DNA of 64,000 nucleotides from Alphaproteobacteria bacterium (GTDB lineage Bacteria; Pseudomonadota; Alphaproteobacteria; SPJN01): NCBI GenBank assembly GCA_965227065.1, contig CBDDFN010000003.1, positions 30,303 to 94,302 of the forward strand, read 5' to 3'. Shown piece by piece: positions 58,417 to 64,000 of this stretch (position 1 is its first letter; each line of letters starts with the position of its first letter). The notes under the pieces were generated by a model. It saw only the letters and a program-made list of their open reading frames with translations, ran no database searches and was not told where the DNA came from. The position numbers and the translations under genes were made by a program.

Positions 58417-60675
58417 GGCGGGTTCCAGATAGATGGGCGAAGACCAGGCCTTTTCAACCTTGGGCGCCATGCACTCATCACTGACATCCCGTTCGGCATG
58501 ATTGCCCGAGCAAATATCAACCTTGATGCATTGCCCATCGGCGTCACGCTCACAGCGCAAATCACCCCCATTGACCGTTGGCTGCGCCTCTTGCACCACG
58601 CGCACATAATAGGTCGCCGGACGGCCCGAGGCGGCATAGCCGGGATCTTCAAAGGTGGCCGAACAGCCCTGATCGGTCGGCAGGGCTGGATCGCATGCGA
58701 TCGTTTTCCATGGATCGTCGATCAGCCCGGCAACATCTTCGTCAGCCCGGATTTGCGGACGGACCCGCACAATCTCGATCCGCTCGATCCGTTTGCGTGT
58801 GTCCGACGGATTGTGACACTCATCCATGCAGATGCGCGATATCTCATCGGTGCCGAGCGCGTCGGCGGCATAATCGGGGCAGCCGGGTTTTTGTTCAAAG
58901 CTTCCAAGCGCGCGAACCTGAAACACCGGATTGCGGTCAAGTGTAACCGCCGCGCCCATCGGTGCCTCGCCGGTACCCTCAGCCCCGCCATTGAGCAGAT
59001 CAAACCACAACAGGATACGCTCCCCGCTGGTGCCGTAGACAGACCGGTTTTTCATCGCCTTCCAGATTGCATCGCGGTTGCGGCCATCGGAATGAACCGC
59101 AATCAGACCGCCGGTAAAAAAGAAGCTCGACTGGCGTTCAATTTCGGTCAGGTCGAAATTTTGCAAGCTGTCGGTCAGCGGATCAAAGGGCGCAACCTCT
59201 GCCGACTTTTCAACCGGCGGCAGTAAGGGCGTACGAATGCCCGACAAGGACACGCTTTCGGTCATCCCCCGTCGGCCAAATTCCTTATAGCCGGTCCCCG
59301 CGCGCGCCTGGTGATTGTCGCTGGACGCCATAAAGCCCCAATGGAAGCGGCGGGGATTGTCAGGGTCATCAAAATTGGTAATCGCCAATCCATATTGCGC
59401 CGAATTGCCGGGGCGGTAATTGAACGAGGGCAGCCAGCAATCGGTGCACTGGCCGGCATCGCGCCAGTTGGCAGGGTCAGCGCCGGGCACCACACGGAAG
59501 CCGGACACACCCGCCTTGATATAGGCTTGCCGAGCCTCAGCCGCGCGGCTTGCGCACACCGCTTCCGCCTCGCCTGCGGCTTCGCACCGGTCTTTCATAA
59601 TCTCGCCCGCCCGCCAGCAACTGGGCAGATACCCTTCACTCGGTTCTGGACAGACAAGCGATCCATCGGGCTTGCGCACCACAGCGCGCCAGTCACGATG
59701 AACCTCCGAATTGCCGTGGCCTGAGAAGACTTCGATCATCCGGTTATATTTGGAATTGTCCTGCTTGGCGGTGAGCTGCTTGTCGAGCGACACACCGGCA
59801 GGCGTGTAAAAGCCCCAGGTCGTACCATGGGGAATGACCAATGTGGGAAAGCCCCACTCGTCGAGTTTTTCATACAGCGTTGCCGGATCAATCGCAGTTT
59901 CCAGACAATCAGTCGGCAGCTCATGCACCGACTTGCCCTCTTCACACAAGGGCCGGTTGGCCAGTTCGGCCGCAAAGGCGGCTGCCGTATAATAGGCCTG
60001 CCGGTTTCCACCTGGCGCTGCAGCCGCCAAAAACACGCGCTGCCATGCGGCAATGCCATGCTCGGCCCCATATGGCAGCGAGCCTTTGAGAGGCTTGGCC
60101 GCAATAGGCCGGCTGGGCACCTTGTCTTCTTCGGTGTCGCGCAGAATGACATTCTTGTGGCCGTAGTGATTTTCCGGCGTCGTTCCGATCTGCGTCCACT
60201 CCCAGCCCAGATAGGTGACCATATCGGGATTGTGGCCATCGCCCGCGCGCGCATTGCATTCGCGCACAACGCGTTTGGTTTCGGTCCATTTGCGCGGGGT
60301 CATGCCAATGCCGTGATCGGTAATCGACCAGAAATCCAGCGCCGAGCAATAGCGCGCAAAATCACACGCATCGGACACCGGATGCGCGCCCTCGCCCTGC
60401 ACCATGGGAAGCGAGCCGGCAAAAGCGTCGGGCGAAAAGGTCGAATGCACATGAAGGTCGCCAAACAGGATCTGGTTGGCATCGCGGGCACCAATCCTGG
60501 CCGCCCCCATGCTTTGGGCGGTGTCGCGGGTCAGATTGACCGAGGCCGGGCGGGGCCCTGTCTTGACCTCGCCCCCGCTGTGCAACGCACCCCACATGCC
60601 TTCGGCCACGGTGTAATAAAATCCCGCGCCCGCAATCAGCAAAAGGCCCAGCCCAATCAAGATGAAGCGTTTCAT
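58390..60675 (-). CDS. DUF3604 family PHP-like metallohydrolase
   Basis: FGDLHVHSTFS, ITDH, GWEWT, HKNVI, IPH, SSDNH, GGLIAV...YGTSG, YYVRVVQE, AWSSPI. Confidence 0.9.
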   Translation of the reverse strand: MKRFILIGLGLLLIAGAGFYYTVAEGMWGALHSGGEVKTGPRPASVNLTRDTAQSMGAARIGARDANQILFGDLHVHSTFSPDAFAGSLPMVQGEGAHPVSDACDFARYCSALDFWSITDHGIGMTPRKWTETKRVVRECNARAGDGHNPDMVTYLGWEWTQIGTTPENHYGHKNVILRDTEEDKVPSRPIAAKPLKGSLPYGAEHGIAAWQRVFLAAAAPGGNRQAYYTAAAFAAELANRPLCEEGKSVHELPTDCLETAIDPATLYEKLDEWGFPTLVIPHGTTWGFYTPAGVSLDKQLTAKQDNSKYNRMIEVFSGHGNSEVHRDWRAVVRKPDGSLVCPEPSEGYLPSCWRAGEIMKDRCEAAGEAEAVCASRAAEARQAYIKAGVSGFRVVPGADPANWRDAGQCTDCWLPSFNYRPGNSAQYGLAITNFDDPDNPRRFHWGFMASSDNHQARAGTGYKEFGRRGMTESVSLSGIRTPLLPPVEKSAEVAPFDPLTDSLQNFDLTEIERQSSFFFTGGLIAVHSDGRNRDAIWKAMKNRSVYGTSGERILLWFDLLNGGAEGTGEAPMGAAVTLDRNPVFQVRALGSFEQKPGCPDYAADALGTDEISRICMDECHNPSDTRKRIERIEIVRVRPQIRADEDVAGLIDDPWKTIACDPALPTDQGCSATFEDPGYAASGRPATYYVRVVQEAQPTVNGGDLRCERDADGQCIKVDICSGNHAERDVSDECMAPKVEKAWSSPIYLEPASKRVLANR

Positions 60676-60782
60676 GAAGTCCCCCCGAACAATTCTTTTA
60701 TAGGCGAAACTCTAGGGGGTTTGCCCTATGAAGGCCATAGTTTAGCGGCACGGAAACACGGCTTGATAAGCGGGAGAAACAG

Positions 60783-61241
60783 ATGACCACAGCACGCGCA
60801 ATCCGCATGGCCACCGGGCTTGGCCTTGCCCTCTTGCTGGCCGGGGCTGTATTTCTGCCTTTGATGGAGGTGCGCACCCTTTGGGTGTTTAAAGATGAAG
60901 TCACGCTCATCATGGTTGCCTGGACGCTGATGACCGAAAACGACTTTGTGCTGGGATTGCTGATCTTGCTGCTCGGCATCATTGCGCCGTTTGGCAAATG
61001 CGCCTTGCTGGCCTTGCACGATCTGGCACCGGGCAGCCACATGCGCCGGGTCTTTCAGGCGCTCAACGTGTTTTCAAGTCTGGATGCATTTTTGATCGCG
61101 CTGGCCATCTTCCTGATGAAAATGGCCGAAGTGTCAAAGCCTGAAATTCAGAACGGGATGGGCTTTCTGATCGCCTTCATCGTCGCATCAAAAATTGCGG
61201 AAATCGCGCTCCTGCCCGAAAAGGCAGAAGCGCGCTCCTAG
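60783..61241 (+). CDS. Paraquat-inducible protein A (PqiA) family membrane protein
   Basis: GAVFLPLMEV...LLGIIAPFGK...SLDAFLIALAIF..K. Confidence 0.75.
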   Translation: MTTARAIRMATGLGLALLLAGAVFLPLMEVRTLWVFKDEVTLIMVAWTLMTENDFVLGLLILLLGIIAPFGKCALLALHDLAPGSHMRRVFQALNVFSSLDAFLIALAIFLMKMAEVSKPEIQNGMGFLIAFIVASKIAEIALLPEKAEARS

Positions 61242-61244
61242 CGT

Positions 61245-62864
61245 TTAGGCAAACGCAAAGTCCGACATGGTGAGATCAGCCGCCGTCAGACCGTCGATGA
61301 AAATCACCCCGGTCGACAAGAACGGATCGGCTTCTACATCGGCCTGGGTGGCACCGGCCGTATATTCAACAGCAACCCCCATGACCCCGTTGGGCAGCAT
61401 GGCATCGAAGATCTCCAGATCGGCAAAATCAAGGCCGACAAACTGGATGCGGTCGACATCATTTTCAAAATTCTGAATACGGTCAAGGCCCTCGCCCACC
61501 CCCGCATCGCGGTAGAAAATGAACCAGTCGATCACGCCGTCCAGATCCGAGATCAGATAGTCATGATCAGCCCCGCCGGTGAAATAATCAGTGCCCACAC
61601 CGCCGCGCAGCAAATCATTGCCCGCCAGGCCCTGAAGCGCATCATTACCGCCCTCACCAGCGATATAGTTTGAACCGGCATCACCGGTCAGCCCGTCATT
61701 GAACGCCGAGCCCGAAATATTCTCGACATTCACTTCGCTAGAGCGTTCACCGGTGGTCAGCCCCTGAATGGTGCCCGCATCAAGATCAACCGAAACCCCT
61801 TCGGTCAGGTCGGCGAAATCAAGCCGGTCATTGCCGGCACCGCCATCAACCGCATTGGCCCCCGCACCGGGACGAATGACATCATCACCATCCCCGGCAT
61901 CGATCGTGTCATCACCCGCGCGCGCGCGGATAATGTCATTACCGGCCCCGGCATTGAGCGTGTCATTGTTCGCCAGCCCGTCAAGCAAATCATCGCCATC
62001 ACCGCTGGTCAGTGTCTGACCCGCACCCCGCGCTACCAGGCGCATATCGGCATCACCGCTATGGGTGAATTCCGACACGTTTGAGCGCACATTGACCGAA
62101 ATGCCGTCAGGGTCATTCACGATCAGCTCGATCATGTCGGTCAGCACTTCAACCGTGCCTTCAGGCGTATAGGCCGCCTCATTAACGTCAATCACATCGC
62201 CATCATTCGCGGCATCGACCGCGTCCTGAATGGTGGCATGATCGGTGGCTTGCGTGGTGTTCGTCACCGGCACCGGCGCTGTGATGGTGAAGGCGGCCGT
62301 ATCAAACGGCAGATCAGGGTCAGTGCCGTCATTCGATTGATCGCCGCCGCCGCCCTGGGTTTGCCAGTTGGCTGTATTGCTGATGGCCGCGAGCAGATCG
62401 GCTTCGGTGCCCGTACGCGTGCCATCATAAATCAGCACATCGTCATCACCATCAATGATGACCGCACCGGCTGACGCGGTGAGGCCAGAATTGGTCAGCA
62501 CCACGCCATCGGCTTCATTGGCGATCATGCTGACAATGGCGGTGGGGTTGTTCGGCGAGCCGGTAAAGGCCCACAGCGCTTCGTTCGAGGCAGCCAGCGC
62601 CATCGATCCGCTGATCGTGCCGGTGCTGACGCTCGCGCCGCTCGACACATTGTTAAAGCTCACAACCGTACCGGCGCTCAGATTGGACGTGGTCGTCCAC
62701 AACATGGTGCCTTCGCCGGTGTTGAAGGACGAACCGCCCCATTCATTGTCGGTGAAATGCACCTGTTCTCCCGAAGCAATGTCACGCAGCAGCACAATCG
62801 CAAAATCATCATTGCCGTCGGCATTGAAGCCGATAAACACAAAATCATTCGTCTGGACAGCCAT
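61245..62864 (-). CDS. RTX-type Ca-binding secreted protein with N-terminal lamin-tail-like domain
   Basis: No signal peptide; FIGFNADGNDDF...FTDNEW N-domain; many GGxGxDxL nonapeptides. Confidence 0.9.
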   Translation of the reverse strand: MAVQTNDFVFIGFNADGNDDFAIVLLRDIASGEQVHFTDNEWGGSSFNTGEGTMLWTTTSNLSAGTVVSFNNVSSGASVSTGTISGSMALAASNEALWAFTGSPNNPTAIVSMIANEADGVVLTNSGLTASAGAVIIDGDDDVLIYDGTRTGTEADLLAAISNTANWQTQGGGGDQSNDGTDPDLPFDTAAFTITAPVPVTNTTQATDHATIQDAVDAANDGDVIDVNEAAYTPEGTVEVLTDMIELIVNDPDGISVNVRSNVSEFTHSGDADMRLVARGAGQTLTSGDGDDLLDGLANNDTLNAGAGNDIIRARAGDDTIDAGDGDDVIRPGAGANAVDGGAGNDRLDFADLTEGVSVDLDAGTIQGLTTGERSSEVNVENISGSAFNDGLTGDAGSNYIAGEGGNDALQGLAGNDLLRGGVGTDYFTGGADHDYLISDLDGVIDWFIFYRDAGVGEGLDRIQNFENDVDRIQFVGLDFADLEIFDAMLPNGVMGVAVEYTAGATQADVEADPFLSTGVIFIDGLTAADLTMSDFAFA

Positions 62865-62955
62865 AAGCCCACCCCTTGAAATACACGCAGAGGCAGCGAC
62901 GCTAAGGAAAATTCATGACACCCCCAAGTGCGCCCGATGACGAATTCATGGCATG

Positions 62956-62986
62956 AAAAAAGGGGGCCCGTTGGACGAGCCCCCTT
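62956..62986 (-). terminator. Terminator after the diiron protein gene
   Basis: AAGGGGGC-N11-GCCCCCTT followed by a T6 tail on the - strand. Confidence 0.8.
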
Positions 62987-63044
62987 GTGTTTGTCTCAGT
63001 GTCATTTCCGCCCGCGGAGCGCTTCGGCCCGGGCGGCTTCGCCC

Positions 63045-64000
63045 CTATTCAGCGGCAATGGCGTCGTTGCGGAAGTTGATCTTCTTCAGATACTCAATGC
63101 CTTCCTCGGCAATCGCATCCCCAACCATTTCGTCGCTTTCGGCGCGCAGCTCATCCATATCGATATAGGTGTTGTACAGCGATTTGGTGCGGTCGGTAAT
63201 GATGCCGGCTTTGAGCAGCGTCTTGGTCAGCACGCGGAAGATGGAGCTTTGGCGGCTCATGATCTCGCGGCGCTTTTCAACTGTCATGCGGGCGGCAATC
63301 AGCTCAAGCGCCTCTTCCCAGTCAATGCCGAATTCCTTGTAGATGACTTTCTTTTCCGCCGGGCTGCCCAGATTGAACAGCAAGGTCTGGAAGCATTCCG
63401 CCGCCCAGTCTTCAATCACATTGCGCTCGGCTTCGGTCACTTGCGGGATAGTCTTGTCCGCCCAGATTTTACCGAACTTGTGGTGGAAGGCCTCGTCAGT
63501 CATCACAAGCTGGGTCAGCTTGCGCAGAAGCGGGTCGTGGGTGAATTCATAAAGCGAGGCAAACGCGCCCATGGCCAGGCCCTCAACCAGCATCTGCATG
63601 CCGACGAGCTTTTTATAGACTTCCGGCGCATTGACCATCTCTTCGAGCAGATTGGCGAGCGATGCGCCGCACTCATAAGGCTCACCCCAGCGGGCTTCGA
63701 CATAGCGGGAGAAACCGGCGACATGGCGGGCTTCTTCACGCGCCTGGTTGGAGGCATATTCCTGCGCGCCGGGATCTTTCAACACGTGGCACAGCGAGGC
63801 CGACAATGACAGCGCGCCCTGTTCGCCATGCAAAATGGCCGACAGCATCCAGCGCACATTGGCGTTGGTGAAGGCGACTTTTTCTTCATACGACATGCGC
63901 TCACCGATTTCGGTTTGCAGCTCGCCGACAAAATCGAACGGCAGCAGCGGTTCTTTGGTCATGTCGAAGGGCTCGGTGAAATCGATATAGCGGGGATCAA
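63045..64000 (-). CDS. Ferritin-like diiron protein (AurF/oxygenase-like), 5' end beyond the right edge
   Basis: HGEQGA, REEARH, VEGLA, TDEAFH diiron ligands; frame stays open to the window edge (DPRYIDFTEPFD...). Confidence 0.85.
   Translation of the reverse strand, partial: DPRYIDFTEPFDMTKEPLLPFDFVGELQTEIGERMSYEEKVAFTNANVRWMLSAILHGEQGALSLSASLCHVLKDPGAQEYASNQAREEARHVAGFSRYVEARWGEPYECGASLANLLEEMVNAPEVYKKLVGMQMLVEGLAMGAFASLYEFTHDPLLRKLTQLVMTDEAFHHKFGKIWADKTIPQVTEAERNVIEDWAAECFQTLLFNLGSPAEKKVIYKEFGIDWEEALELIAARMTVEKRREIMSRQSSIFRVLTKTLLKAGIITDRTKSLYNTYIDMDELRAESDEMVGDAIAEEGIEYLKKINFRNDAIAAE

Overview
64 kb of ordinary-looking chromosomal DNA from an alphaproteobacterium (roughly 60% GC by eye; two-piece permuted tmRNA, serB/miaA-ilvIH-ilvC synteny, thyX). 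Core genes are mreBCD-mrdA (mrdA runs off the left edge), leuA, ilvI-ilvH-ilvC, miaA, serB, hflK-hflC-DUF2065-HtrA, mrp, thyX, class Ia nrdA and nrdB (about 10 kb apart), ssrA and mnmC. They are interleaved with accessory genes: exported hypothetical proteins, a TetR + MpaB/Lcp-like oxygenase, an arsR-arsC-aquaporin operon, MFS and MATE pumps, a TonB-dependent receptor, a Spy-like protein with a two-component system, DUF3604, an RTX protein and a diiron protein that runs off the right edge. I found no integrase, transposase, rRNA, tRNA or CRISPR array. The least explained features are: (1) a low-GC 340-aa orphan gene after nrdA, flanked by degenerate inverted repeats, possibly a lectin-fold plus HEPN-like defence gene; (2) a 735-bp intergenic region at 57.7-58.4 kb with an array of hairpins whose loops repeat CCACCACC (candidate sRNA); (3) a secreted protein gene broken by a +1 frameshift at poly-C runs; (4) a Leu leader/attenuator upstream of leuA that lacks a U-tract terminator; (5) a family of GTCATYCCGG...CCGGRATGAC palindromic elements. 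All annotation is by eye from motifs; no searches were run.
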